A stretch of 64,000 bases of DNA from the human T2T-CHM13v2.0 reference genome, Homo sapiens. Below, in pieces: positions 43,741-62,894 of the stretch; position 1 is the stretch's first letter, and every line of letters begins with the position of its first letter. The notes below the pieces were generated by a model that was not told the DNA's origin, did not search any database, and saw only the letters and a program-made list of their open reading frames with translations. Where the stretch lies: NCBI RefSeq assembly GCF_009914755.1, contig NC_060948.1; one strand, given 5' to 3'. The translations under genes and the position numbers were made by a program.

Positions 43741-44120
43741 TTTAACAATTGTTCTTTATAGGTGAACTTGTTTTAAACAGATGGTTTGTCAGTGTTCAGA
43801 TGTTGACCTGAGGGTGGTGGAGGAATCTCCATTACAACCTGTTGAATCACACAACTATGTTCGGATTTATTAGTTTCATTCCTCACTGCTTTTTCTCATC
43901 TACATCATCTTTCTCTTTCTTGAATTATTTATTGTGAATTAGTCTTTGTTTGTAGTATATCCTCACACATTTTCTTCATATGAGTTTGTGGATGATAATC
44001 CCTTCAAGAATAAAAGTGTTATTTTGGTCTCATATTTGAACAATTTTTTGACTGGTGTAGAATTCTAGGGTTAAGATCATTTTCTCTCAAAATTCTCTGA
44101 ATATTGCTGCATTTCAGTGC

Positions 44121-44800
44121 ATGAAGAATTTAGGCATCTGAGAAGTTCAACAACTATACAGTTTACACGTTTTTTATTTGGGCCAAGTTTGAGGACTGCA
44201 ACCCAGGAGCATAGATTCAAGTTGCTCTGAATATATGTTCTAATTAGCAGCAGTTACAAGTAGGTTTTTAAAGGAAAAAAGGAGAGGCAGTATCTAATTT
44301 GTTTACCAAGAATTTACATTAAAATAGCATAAGCTATTGATTGCTATACATTGTCCTTTGTATCACAAATTCCAGGAACATGAAGATAATGGTTGAGGCA
44401 GCTAGTCAGCAACAAATTGCCTTTAAACAGTTGCCCCCCCTGGGCATTGTGTGGGGGGTGTGACTGAAGTCCCCATACTCATGTCTTCTGGGCCTGATAA
44501 ATTTTATATACCTCACATAGCTCAGGCTGCTCTGAGCTGTTTTTCTTTTCTCATTTCCCCCTTTTGATCAAAATTTTTCTCTTCTGAAAGCATTGATGAT
44601 CAGCATTTTAGATATAAGTTTATCCCATGTCACTGGGGAGGCTTATTCCCAGATATTCTTGTCCCGTGTTGGATGGAAAGACGTAAAAAAGGTACCATGG
44701 CTTAAAGAACTTAGTGAGGTCTCAAGGCCAAATTGATTGGCAACACAGAGGAGCAGAGCAACAGGATCTCAGTCAAGCCATCCACTCACGCTGGAGCCAT
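44121..44800 (-). mobile_element. ERV1 3' LTR (MER34-like, ~44121-44553) with adjoining internal sequence
   Basis: LTR reverse complement begins TGAGAAAAGAAAAACAGCTCAGAGCAGCCTGAGCTATGTGAGG, directly preceded by the polypurine tract AAAAGGGGGAAA (TTTCCCCCTTTT on + at ~44554-44565). Confidence 0.7.
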
Positions 44801-44819
44801 GGCATGAACAACTATACAG

Positions 44820-45320
44820 TTTACTCAAGTCCACCCTCACTTAATGGCACCAACTGCAAGTTTGGGGATTCCCCAAACCACCCTCAGATTTGATAGTTCA
44901 TTAGAAGGATTTATAATACTCTGTGAGCACTATTATACTCACAGTTATGGTTTATTACAGGCAAATTATACATAGTAAGACCAGCCAAGGGAAAAAGTAC
45001 ATAGGGTGGAGTTTGGGAAGATACCGAATGTAGAGCTTTTGTTGTCCTCTTCCCATGGAGTCAGGACACGTTGCTCTCTTGGCATCAGTGTGTGACAAAA
45101 TGTGCAGAGCATTGCCTAACAGGAAAGCTTACCCAAGCCTTAGTGTTCAGAGTTTTTATTGGGGTTTCATTATGTAGGCATTATTGACTGACTGCCCTCT
45201 GGCTTGATCTCAGTCTCCAGCTCCACTTGGTGTGATCCAAAGCCTCCTAAATCACATAGTCATTTTTTCTGGAGTGTCTTTTCCCCACCCTAAATCACAT
45301 TGTTACTATCTAGATTACAG
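44820..45320 (-). mobile_element. MER21-like LTR
   Basis: GGCACCAACTGCAAGTTTGGGGATTCCCCAAACCACCCTCAG...GTTATGGTTTATTACAG...CAGAGTTTTTATTGGGGTTTCATTATGTAGGCA. Confidence 0.7.
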
Positions 45321-45341
45321 TCTATTAGAAAAATAAATCAA

Positions 45342-45648
45342 GGCTGTGCATGGTAGCTCATACCTATAATCCTAATACTTATACTTTGGGAGGCCAAAGC
45401 TGAAAGATCTCTAAAATCCAGAAGTTCAAGACCAGCCTAGGCAACAAAGTGAGACCTTATCTCTACAAAACCAAACAAACAAAAAAAAAATAGGTGTGAT
45501 TGGGTGCACCTGTAGTCCTAGCTACTTGGGGGGCTGAAGATGGAGAATTGCTTGAACCCAGGAATTCAGAGCTGCAGAGAGCTATGATCACACCACTGCA
45601 TTCCAGGCTGGGTTACAGAGGGGTGACCTCCATCTCAAAAAAAAAAAA
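45342..45648 (+). mobile_element. Alu (AluJ-like), diverged
   Basis: GGCTGTGCATGGTAGCTCATACCTATAATCCTA...CATCTCAAAAAAAA; its tail abuts the L1 poly(T). Confidence 0.88.
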
Positions 45649-51820
<6,172 letters not shown>

Positions 51821-51829
51821 AAAGGAAAT

Positions 51830-52570
51830 TTTTTAAAAATCCCATTTATGATAGCATCAAAAAGAGTACAATAGTTAGGAATAAATTTAACCAAGGATGT
51901 AATAATGTGCACACTGAAAATTATAAAACATTGATGAAAGAAATTCAAGAAGACACAAATCAATGGAAAGATACCTTATGTTTATGGATTGGAAGAATCA
52001 ATATTATTAAAATGTTCATACTGCCTGAAGCAATACACAGATTCAACACAATCCCTATTGAAATTCCAATGGCATTTTTCACAGAATAGAAAAAAAAATT
52101 CTAAAATGTGGATGAAACTAGAAGACATTATATTAAGTGAAATATACTAGACACAGATAGATAAATACTGTATGATTTCACTTATATATGGAATCTAAAA
52201 AAAATGTTCAGTTCATAAAAGCAGAGAGTAAAACAGTGGTTGACAGTGGGTGGGAGACCTGGAGAGATGTTGGTCAAAGTGTATGAACTTACAGTTGTAA
52301 GATGAATAAGTTCTGGATACCGGACATACAGCATGGCAACTATAGTTAATAATAATGTATTGAATATTTGAAATATGCTATAAGAATAGATCTTAAGCAT
52401 TCTCACCACATACCCAAAAAAGTAACTATGTGAGGTGATGGATATTTTACTTAGCTTGATTGTGGTAATAATTTCACAATGTGTACATTTATCAGAATAT
52501 CACATTGTATACCTTGAATATATACCATTTTTATTTGCCAATTATACTTCAAGGCAGAAAAAAATAAAAT
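51830..52570 (+). mobile_element. Old L1M (L1MA/MB-like) fragment with 3' end
   Basis: ORF 51907-52089 ([19 protein letters not shown]...IGRINIIKM) is ORF2-derived; L1M-type 3' UTR and A-rich end. Confidence 0.85.
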
Positions 52571-53655
52571 TAGAGTAGAAACAAAAGCTTGGAGGTCTGA
52601 AATGTTACTAAAAGTGTAACATTTTCCTTTTTTCAATATTCTTGCCACATGGTGGGTAGGTCCTTTTAGTCTGAAGATTCAAGTCTGTCTTATTTGGGGG
52701 ATATTTTCTTCAATTAGTCCCTTGATTATTGATCCTTCTCTTTTGGCTGTATTCTCTCCTGTGACTGCTAATAGGTGTGTAAATCAGTACCAGGCACATA
52801 ATAAGCACATGTTAAATATCTGTTGATCGTATAAATTGATCCTGGATTTGCTTGATCAGTTTTCCGTGTATCTTACATCTTCTTTCATGATTTACAACCT
52901 AGACATTTTGCTGTTTTCAGAACAAATTTTTTGAATTGTTACTGCAGAAGCTGCTTTTGCTCATTTATGTTCTGCTTTTAAAAAATTATGCCATTTTATT
53001 AAAATATAGTTTTTGGAATGTTGTCATGTTATCTAATTTTTTATGTCCTCTGATGACTTTGTTTAAAATTAGTTCAATTATGTCTTGTATCTGAGGATAC
53101 TTATTAGAAATTTTTTTATTACTGTTATTCTATCTTGTTTCCCATATTAACTTTGTTCCATTAAGGACTGTTTGTCCCCATTGCTTTTTTTGTCTCCTCA
53201 CTTTAACTGCTGTTTCTTCTCAAAAGTTCTAGTCAATGCATATATTCTATTCAACATATATATTTAGTTCTAGATGTAATCAGTTTTGGTATGTGCCTCC
53301 AGGTGGCATCCTGTGCAGTCTTCATGAAGTGAAACCCAAAGACTGGTGCCCCTGTCAGTTGTTCTACTGCAGAGACTTTGTGGAGTATGTGGTTGGAGAT
53401 GAATCTATGGTTAAGGGAGTGGATTTTTTAAAACCAATATGTTGAAGTATAATATACATAAGTGCATCAACTGTAAGCATACAACTTGTTGTGTTTTCAC
53501 AAAGTAAACATACCATGTAGAACCAACACCCAGATTAAGAACTAGAGCACGAACAGTACCCCAGAAGCTCCCTTCTCCCTTCTTTTAGTCACTACTCTTC
53601 TCCAAAGGTGGCCACTGTCCTGATTTCTCCACATAGATTAATAAAACATAGCAGG

Positions 53656-53812
53656 GGCCGAGAGTGGTGGCACACACCTATAGTCCCAGCTACTCAGGAG
53701 GCTGAGGTGGGAGGATCGTTTGAGCCCAGGAGGTCAAAGCTGCAGTGAGTCGTAATTGTGCCACTGCACTCCAGCTTGGGCGACAGAGCAAGACCCTGTC
53801 TCAAGATAAATA
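53656..53812 (+). mobile_element. Free right Alu monomer (FRAM-like) within an old L1ME fragment (~53425-54120)
   Basis: Single right-arm monomer; TSD ATAAAACATAGCAGG (53641-53655) / ATAAAATATAGCAGG (53813-53827). Confidence 0.85.
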
Positions 53813-54692
53813 ATAAAATATAGCAGGTATTCTGTTTATGTCAAGTTTCTATTGCTCAAAATGATGTTTGTGAGATTCATCTGTGGTAAATTGTATAAAT
53901 GTAGTAGTAGATTGTGAATTGTCATTACTGTATTGTATTCCATGTTATGACTCTCCTGTAATTTATGCATTGCACAGTTGATGGGCATTTGGGTGGTTTC
54001 CAGTTTAAGGTATGAAAAGTAGTGCTGTCCAAAACATTTTTTTATATGTCTTTTGGTGAATTTGTGCATACATCTGTTGGGTACATACCCAGAGTGGAAT
54101 TGCTGGATTATTAGGGAGTTTTGTTGGTTGGTTGTTTGCCATTTTGTTTTAAACTCCTTGTGTCCTGGTGGGAATTGTTCAGTAGATACTGAGAAATTGA
54201 TGATGCAAAAGAAAATGGATAGCAGAAGGAATGAAGTTCTATGGGTTTTGGCCCTCACAAAAGTAAATACATATCTTCCTACAGAAATCAAACAGGTTTT
54301 TATGGCTCAAAGCCCCGGAATTATACGGGGCAGAATAGGCGAATGTGCTTGCAGTCAGCTGGCTTTAAAAGAGCCTTTCTTATTGGAAGTATAGAGAGGA
54401 AAATTCTTTTCCACTAGCGGGAAGAACCACTTCTGGTGCTCAACATCATGTGCATTGCTGCAGTGGAGAAGAAAAAAGAGGGAAGTGTTTTCATTGGGCT
54501 CATACTGCTTATGATAGGCCTGGCAGAGTCTTGCTTTTGGCAACTATTGAGTATGAATGGCCAGTCTCTACTTGTAAAGAGAGGTCATTGGACTTAAATG
54601 GAATTAATGGAAGTAAAATGTTCTCAGGTTGTTACTGCAAATCATTCATGTAGTCAGTGCCAGGGGTTAAACAATTCTCGCCTCTTTTCTAG

Positions 54693-54785
54693 TCTGTCAC
54701 CTTCAAAACTACCAGCAGAAATCTTGCTCGAGCCATGTGTATGAAGAACCTCAAGCTCACTATTATCATCATCATCGTATCAATT
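54693..54785 (+). CDS. VAMP7: VAMP7 exon 7 (SVTFKTTSRNLARAMCMKNLKLTIIIIIVSI; end of SNARE motif and start of TM helix)
   Basis: Acceptor CTTTTCTAG before 54693, donor ATT|GTAAGT; 93 nt. Confidence 0.98.
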
Positions 54786-56019
54786 GTAAGTTTTTGTCCT
54801 TTTAGTGTATGGCTTTATTTTTCAATCTCTAAGAAATTAGGTACTAGAATTATTTCTCAATGATTAACACTCTGAAATGAGCTACATATGTCTTTTAATA
54901 GTGAAACACATGACCAGGCAGTGGCTTTCCTATGAAGTCACTATGAAATATCTCTACTTAAACCCCTCCTTCCTATTGAGAATTATTATATATTCTCAAT
55001 AGGAAGAGATCTATAAAACTGACCTCACAGAAATGTAGTTATTTTAAATAAAGACATTTCTGTTTATATGTAATGGGTTTATTGTTTTTATTTTTAAATT
55101 AATTATGTATTTTTAAAGTTTTAATTTCTAATATGGCAAATGCTGATAATTATAATCCCCCTTAAACAAGAACTCTTTGGAGTCCTCAGTAATTTTTGAG
55201 TGTGTAAAGAGGTCCTAAACCACAACTTTAAAAACTATTGCTAACAGGTGGGGGGTGCTTTACCCTGTTCATGGTCAGATAAAGTTGCCTTTCCTCCCCA
55301 TCCTCCAGTCATGTCCAGAAGCCCAAAGTTACCTCCAAGCAGATAACTCTGACCCTGCTTCTCCTCTACCACAGCTTGAGGGTCCTCTGCCTTAGACAGC
55401 TGGATTTATCTAAAAGAGAAGAGCAGTCATAGATCTGTAGATTTTATACTGGAAGTAATTGTCATGGCCTTGAATGGTTCCTTGCTCAGGTTTCTCTTTC
55501 TAATATCACATTTTAGGCTCCTGAGCTTAGCTTCTTACTTATTATTTGGTCTGGGAGTTTAGGTTGATTTGTGCAGCTGAATTGTTAAATTCAGAATATA
55601 TTTACTGATTACTTATTACATGCAGAGCACAGCTCTAAATGCAATATCAATCTTTGCGAAAAGGTGTTGTCACCTAACGAGATGTACTTCAGCTTGAAAA
55701 ATCCTTATATTACAGCTGTGACAAATAGTCAACTTTACATCAAGTTGGTAAACTTTACATTTGTGGCATGTGTATGTGTGAGTATGTGTGTGTATGTGTG
55801 AATATGATGTCAGAAGTTCAACCTATTCATTAATAAACAGAATTTGCTGTAATCTGCCCCCCAACCCTGGCAATATTTATAGTTCCCTACAAGGCAAAAT
55901 GCTTTGCTCACTTTTGGAGCAAAGGGCATGCAATTCATCAATGCATCCTTTTCCAAGCTTGCAAATAATGAAATCAGTCACTTAAAGATCTCAAAAAGTT
56001 GTAATTTAAAGCAAAATAA

Positions 56020-56170
56020 AGCCAGGCATAGGGGCTTATGCCCGTAATCCCAGCACTTTGGGAAGCTGAGGCAGGAGGATTGCTTGAGGCCAAGAGTTTG
56101 AAGCCAGCCTGGTCAACATAGTGACACCCTATCTCTACAAAAATAAAAAATAAAAAATAAATAAAATAAA
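56020..56170 (+). mobile_element. Free left Alu monomer (FLAM-like)
   Basis: GCCAGGCATAGGGGCTTATGCCCGTAATCCCAGC...CTCTACAAAAATAAAAAATAAA; no right arm. Confidence 0.85.
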
Positions 56171-56873
56171 GTGACTAATGCAGTGAACCTAATGTTTAAA
56201 ATCTATTTTTTGTGATATAATAATGTGAACAAGTAGTGACTTTTATAATATAATTTAAAATTATAATCTAGAATTAAAAAGCAAACACATCTGTAATAGC
56301 ACCAGTATTTTTGCAGTGTTACTTACATCATCTGCTTTTCATTGTTTTGGTCATCGTAATTATTGTGTCATTATCCACTGAACAGTTCGTAGCAGTGTTC
56401 TTGCTCATAAGTGATGTAGATGAAAGCCTTCTACTCAGGCTTTTAAAATATATTCTTATATTAATCAAAAATAAAATTCATGTGCAAAACCTAAAAATAT
56501 AATTAATGAAACCATACTTCAGGAGAATTATGGTTATTTGTGATTTTTTTATGACTTGTTAATGACACATCAGTATGAGTTGCTCATTTAGCCTTGATTC
56601 TGCCGAGTTACCAGTGAAGAGCAACAACCCCACTGCTTTCTCTCCCACTGAAGGAAACGCTAGAGTTCAAGTGGGTGTGAGTTATACCAAAAACGACAAT
56701 GTTAACTACACTTCTGTCTTGGAAAATACTTGTTTAGTGTGTTCCATTACTACATAACTGCTACTCTAATGGAATCAGAAGTATTTCTTAATAAGGCTCT
56801 ACTTTCCTATATATATTATTTAGAATAATATGATTGATTCAAGAAAATAAAATTGCTCTCCTCGTCCCTCCAG

Positions 56874-56942
56874 GTGTTCATCTATATCATTGTTTCACCT
56901 CTCTGTGGTGGATTTACATGGCCAAGCTGTGTGAAGAAATAG
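56874..56942 (+). CDS. VAMP7: VAMP7 exon 8, coding part (VFIYIIVSPLCGGFTWPSCVKK*)
   Basis: Acceptor CCCTCCAG before 56874; TAG at 56940-56942; summed CDS 663 nt = 220 aa plus stop. Confidence 0.98.
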   Translation: MFIYIIVSPLCGGFTWPSCVKK

Positions 56943-58760
56943 GAAAGAAGAAGTTACCATTAACCAAGGATATGAGAGAACAAGGAGTTAAAAGCAATCC
57001 ATGTGACTCAAGCCTTTCACATACTGACAGATGGTATCTGCCAGTCTCTTCAACCCTCTTCTCACTTTTTAAAATCTTGTTCCATGCCTCCAGGTTTATC
57101 TTTGTCTTATCTACCAGTTTATTCCTGTGAACTTCAGATTGAACCATTCATTGCAGCAGTAGCCTTAAAAAGGCTTTTGTTTATTTCTTTGGTTTGTTAA
57201 CTAGTGTCATCTATTTAGAGAAACATTTTTGTTTTTAATTGCTCAAAGCTGTCGCCGCTAGTCTTATGAGCTATCTACTAAAACTATGGAGAAACTTTGT
57301 ATGTGCACACAAAAGTATTCAAGAGACAGTATTGCTAACATCTCATCTTAATGTCTTTTGTTATTGAGAAGTTTTAGGTGCTTCAAAACAATATAAATGG
57401 ATAATAGTTGTTATTTGGGGAATTGTAATGATGTTGGTGCTGCTTCCTTCTAAGAGCTCAGACAAGTAAAGTATGAAACATTCTTATTTCAGTTAGATGG
57501 GGAACATTTTGCTAGCCCATTAGAAGCACACAGAATTATCCTTGTCCTCCTAATATTGACTTTCAGGAATAAAGTTCAGTGTGCTGATCATTCACAATAC
57601 AGTGGATAGCTTGATATCTTCTGTTTTCCCATTGCAGTTGATTTGAGAAGATGAAGGTTTAAATATTGTTGAAAGTTGCAGTTTTTTAAATGTGTTCCTT
57701 TTTCTTCTGTGAATATTTAGGGCAATCGTGTCGCTAATAGAATATGTAGTAGAGGGGGTGGGGAGGTAAATTCCTCTGACTTGCCAAAGAAAAAGAAGGG
57801 AACCACAGTGGATATGCTAGCATTTTAGCTGTGCAAAGGGAGGTAGTGTGGGAAAAGTGTTTCCATTCTGGGAAAAGCCCAAACCGAATACGGTCAGCAG
57901 TCAACTCCAGGGTTTGGGCTTGATTCCTGTTGAATAATAGTTTTGAGCATTCTTTGTGGTTAAATAAATTCTTAAATCTGCCTAGTTTTGATGAATTCTT
58001 TTGTGAAACTTGAAAGAGAATAGACAGTATGACATATAGAATTAATACAAAACAGTTTAACAACCATTTAACTGCAGTGTAAGAAAATTGGACTGTAATC
58101 ATATCGCTACTGGCATCTGTTATCTAGTATGCATTTCTGGTGTGTATCTGAAAGGAAGACATTTTCTACCCTAGATCCAATTGCATTTATTTATCAATAA
58201 GTGCCATTAAATTGAAATTATATTACATTTTACACTTTCTCAATGAATGAACAAATTAGTCTGTAGAATCTAGCCACCTGTTTAGCCTAGTCATGTGCCT
58301 TGAACATATATGTGTCCCATAATCTGGCTCATGGTACCTGTTCTTCTATCCAAACCTTTCAATTCATGCTACCTGATTCATTTATTTGACATAGATCTTA
58401 GGCCCACTTGAACTCTTTTCTTGTTTATCTAGCATAGCACAAACGTTTTTCCAGTCTTCTTTATCAACACTAATGCCTCTTAATTGCATCAGTATTTCCT
58501 ATTGGAAAATACATCTGTTCCAGAAAAACATTTGGCATTCCTGAATAATTTCCAAATGTTTTTAATCCAAAGAAAAAGGTTTAAAGCTTATTTCCCTTTC
58601 TTATACACACCTGAATAAAATTGATGTGCATGTTTTAGGGATCAATTACCTAACTGTTCCTTGGTCTATTTATGTATAAGAATGCTTTTTAAAGCACATG
58701 TCTCATTTTAAATGACGCACAAACTGAAGATGTTAATAAAATTTAAGAGTAATACAATGA
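56943..58760 (+). other. VAMP7: VAMP7 3' UTR (~1.8 kb; 3' end inferred)
   Basis: AT-rich sequence after the stop with no recognisable repeats, ending ~20 nt after AATAAA at 58735, followed by a T/GT-rich stretch. Confidence 0.8.
58735..58740 (+). terminator. Probable main polyadenylation signal (AATAAA)
   Basis: AATAAA with upstream TGTA (58673) and downstream TTTGCTTGTTTT; additional AATAAA at 57568, 57963 and 58614. Confidence 0.7.
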
Positions 58761-60017
58761 TTTGCTTGTTTTAGAAGTTCTTTCTGGAACCTAATTTCTT
58801 CTGATGACATTTGCCATTGTTTACAGAACAAAAGTATTTTACTTATGCGGAAAATATATTAAGAAGTGTTACCTGGAGACTTCCAGTAAAGATCTGTAGC
58901 ATAGTCTCAGGTGTGTAGAATTTCTTCAAAAGACACAAATGAACTTAAAAAATATATAGCCCATGCTGAAACCAATGAAAGATTCTGAGATGATCACACA
59001 GCCTTCACAACTATCGTCCTGAGTGCATGATTTAGACAGAACTGAAAAAGAACCCCAGGGATTTTCATCCAGTTTAGCACAATTCTGAAAAATCTTTCTA
59101 TCTAAAGTTAAATGACTGGTTCTGAAAGAGACTCAAGCGGAAGGCATAATGGTGGGAGGGAATAATTCATTATAGCAAACAGGGTACCTAAACAGAAATA
59201 AAAGAAAAACAGGCACAAATCAAATATACAAATAGATAGGTCACAACAAAATAATCAGTCACTTGGGACCTCTGAACATAAGGTGGCTAAAGTCAGGTAT
59301 AGAATATATTTTTGTACAGGCTGCAATAACTTAAAAACAGCCTATTTAAGTTCTCCCTAGGTTTTATCCAGATTTCAACTGAAATGTGCATTCTCTAACA
59401 GACACTTAGAGAAAAATAAAAGATGGTTATTTATTTGGTTATGAATAAAGAAAGAAGTGACACCAGCTATTTCTCTTTACTTCAAACCCTTGGCAAAAAA
59501 AAAAACAGTGTTACAATCCAAAAGTTTCCTTAATAGTGAATGTAGGTGCCTTTAGATAATGGTTTCTTCTTGCTTGACTCTTGGTATCTATCTTTTCTGG
59601 CCTCAAGATAGACAAAGATACTGGGTTGCTTCCCAGGGTATCTTGATGGAAATGAATGTAACAACAACAGCAGCACCGTAGACCCTACCAAAGTGTTCTA
59701 CATTAGAAGCAAGTCTATGTCTTGCAATGCCATCTTCTCAAGTATAATAAACAGGGTGGAAGTAGTGGTTGTGGTTGCCATGTATATCAGCGTGAATCCA
59801 GTGAAGACAGCAGAGGCAAGACAAGTGTTAGGGAAACAAAGAGTTTAATATAGGATTCAAGGTTACAAAAATGTGTGACAAACTGGGAAGTGAAGGTCTG
59901 GAAGGCAGGTACCAGAAGATCAGAAGAACAGTCCTAGTGCTTTCACTTGAGGCAGTGACATAGGCAGACAGGTCGGAGCTTGCTGGAAAACCTAAGAAGC
60001 CCTGTATGTCTGCTTGC

Positions 60018-60391
60018 TGATATGGTTTTGCTGTGTCCCCACCCAAATCTCGCCTTGAATTTTAATCCCTATAATCCCCACATGTCAAGGGAGGGACCTG
60101 GTGGGAGGTGATTGGACCATGGGGGCAGTTTCCTCCATGTTGTTCTCATGATAGTGAGGGAGTTCTCATGAGATCTGATGGTTTTATAAGTGTTCGACAG
60201 TTCCTCCTTCACACACTCACTCTCTCCTGATACCTTGTGAAGAAGGTGGCTGCTTCCCCTTCCACCATGATTGTAAGTTTCCTGAGGCCTCCCCAGCCTT
60301 GCGAAACTGTGAGTCAATTAAACCTCTTTCCTTTATTAACTGCCCAGTCTCGGGTAGTATCTGTACAGTAGTATGAGAGAAGACTAATACA
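60018..60391 (+). mobile_element. MaLR solo LTR (THE1C/D-like)
   Basis: TGATATGGTTTTGCTGTGTCCCCACCCAAATCTC...GACTAATACA; 5-bp TSD CTTGC at 60013-60017 and 60392-60396. Confidence 0.93.
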
Positions 60392-61627
60392 CTTGCCAAA
60401 GTTGGTGTGTGAAGAGAGACATGTGGAAAGGTTTATGGAAGCCACAGCTTCAGTAGATCTGATGCCAAGTACCAAGTAGTAGGCTTGCAGCCCCAGTTGG
60501 TTAGCATGACTAACAGTCCACAGAATGAGTTGGATGTGGAATGGAAAAGGTTGAGGAAAAGCTGCGACACACCAGGCACCTAAGCATCTTTGTATCCTTT
60601 GAAGGGTACTGGCCTCTACTTTTGTTCTGCTTTCCAAGTCTCATATAAGTGCAACTCACTGAGAAAGGCTAACCCTAAAACCATCTAGGGTAAGGGGATT
60701 CTATGAAATTCTCAGCTTCTGGCAAAAGCAATGGTGCCAGTCTAGCATAGCCCAGTTCCTCCTAGACTCATTCATAGTATTGGCTCTACTGCTTTGTCAA
60801 GACAATTTTGGTAAGTTAAAGCATTCTTCTGGTCAGAATACACTGTACAAAATTATTTTGGGTTCGTGCTATTTATTAAGCCCAAACAATCTAAATCCAA
60901 AATGCTGTGACTTTTTACATCTCTTCCAAAGAGAAAAAAAATCATGGCAATATTCTGTATAAGAAAACTAACATGCACGGGCTGACACCATGTTTTTTCT
61001 TTTTAAATCCCCATTGCAAGTTTAGAAAAGCACAAAGAAAACTTTAAGAAGTCTCATAGAGAATATTGAACTCAAGACTGCAACTTACAGACTTTCACTG
61101 CTGGCCAAGATGGAGTAACAGATACAGGGCATTTACCTACCTGCGTGAAATAACACCCCCGGAAAGACAAAATATATGAAGCAACAGTTTTCAAGACACT
61201 GGACACTAGGCAACAAAGGACAGTGATCTTTCGAAGAGTTGAATCCTACAATTGTACCAGCTTATTCTGAGGAGAGAGTAACTAGGTCATAATACAATGA
61301 GGAGGAACCCAGGCAGAGCCTGGCAGATTCCCTGGGTTGAGATGTGACTTGAGATTTCCAGGAAGATCAAGACAGATGTCTTTGCAGGATAGAGTACTAG
61401 AGAGGAGAGAGCTGCACAGAAAGGACTCTAGATCTGAGGAAACTACTCAATGGCAGAGAAAGAACCACCCGAAAAAAGATTAGACGGAAGAGTTTCCTGC
61501 ACTCACGCAGTACCAGAAGTAGTGCCTGTATATGCATTCAAACTGGAAAATTTCATGAATCACAGAGTATTTGATAGAGTACCCAGAAAGGTCTTACCTC
61601 AGTAATGGAGAATAAATAACCCTAGTC

Positions 61628-61845
61628 CAGAGCTTCTCAACCTTGGCACTGTTGGCATTTGGAGCCAGATATTTTTTGTCATGTGGGGCTGTCCTGTGCA
61701 TTGTATTATAGTATTTTGCCAGCATCCCTGGCCATCAATCTACTAGATGCCAGGGCCACTGTCTTCCCAGTTCTGACAACCAAAAACCTTCCAAATGATT
61801 TCACAAAGTTGGGAAGACAAAATTGTCCCTGATTGAGAACCATTG
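61628..61845. mobile_element. MER20 hAT-Charlie element, within old L1M 5' region sequence (~61090-62550)
   Basis: CTTCTCAACCTTGGCACTGTTGGCATTTGG...GGGGCTGTCCTGTGCATTGT...CTAGATGCCAG...TTGAGAACCATTG. Confidence 0.85.
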
Positions 61846-62894
61846 CTGTAGACTAAACACACCTCTCATCCAGCTTGATACATTTTAAAAGTAAGACCTG
61901 AGATGATGAAATTGTTTTCCAGGTAACTGCATCCCAGAACAAACCTCAAGAATATATTTATGGAAACACAAACACAGCACGCAAATTAAAATTCAATGTG
62001 TAAGGCAGCAAATACAAAATTACCGGTCACACAAAGAAGCAGGAAAATATGACCAACGATAAGATAAAAAAATTTATCAATTTAAATAAATGGAGAACTG
62101 ACATGTTAGAATTAGCAAAGATATAAAAACAGCTATTAATGTTGTATTACATGTGTTCTAAAAGGTAAGCAGAGGCATGAAATAAAAAGGCACATTTAAT
62201 TTCTAGAAATTAAGACTAGGATATCTGAGATGTAAAATACACAGGATTGGATTAATGACCTAGTAGACATAGCAGAAGTAGAAATTACTGACCTTGAAGA
62301 CTAAGCAATAGAAACTCTCCAAATGAAACACATCAATTAAAAGATAAAGTGTTAAATGTCAAAGTGTATTTTTAGAGTCAACTCTTATCTTTAAGAAACT
62401 CACTTAAAATGTTAATATAGGTTAAAAGTAAAAGCATGGGAAAATATACCATGCAGACAGTAATGAGAAAACTGCAGTAGATGTCAGAGCAAAGGATATT
62501 GCCAGGGATAGAGAAGATTGTTTCATAATGATAAGTGGGTAAATTCATCAGGTGTCAGCGTTTTTAGGGTTTAAGGTTGGGGATTAGGATTACCAGTTTA
62601 AAATCTAGGAGTTAGGTTTTGGGCTTCCTCTGGAGCCTACATGGTCTGAGAAGGAAAAGCAATGAAATACTTCAGGTTTGGTGGTACTTCAGATTCTGAT
62701 CTTCAATCTGCCTGTTAACATACATTTTTAGTCTTCAAATTAGCTGCTCCATACATTCCATCTAGGATTTATAGTTGTGGGAGAGACACAATAGAGTGTG
62801 CTTTCTCCATCTTGCCCAGAATTTGAACTCCAGTGCAAAATAACCCTAACCCCAAAACTTGGTGTTATAAAACAATTGCGGTGTTTTATTTCCT

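Noticed and set aside
54053-54394. 113-aa ORF upstream of exon 7 with an acceptor-like TTCCTACAG near 54284
   Set aside because: Begins within an L1ME remnant, has no recognisable domain and is not needed for the 220-aa CDS.
56592-56676. Possible cassette exon in intron 7 (TTTAG|...GGT|GTGAGT)
   Set aside because: Weak polypyrimidine tract, 85 nt and an immediate in-frame TGA; no support from sequence alone.
57734-58102. 122-aa antisense ORF in the 3' UTR
   Set aside because: No recognisable homology, promoter or splice context; compatible with chance.
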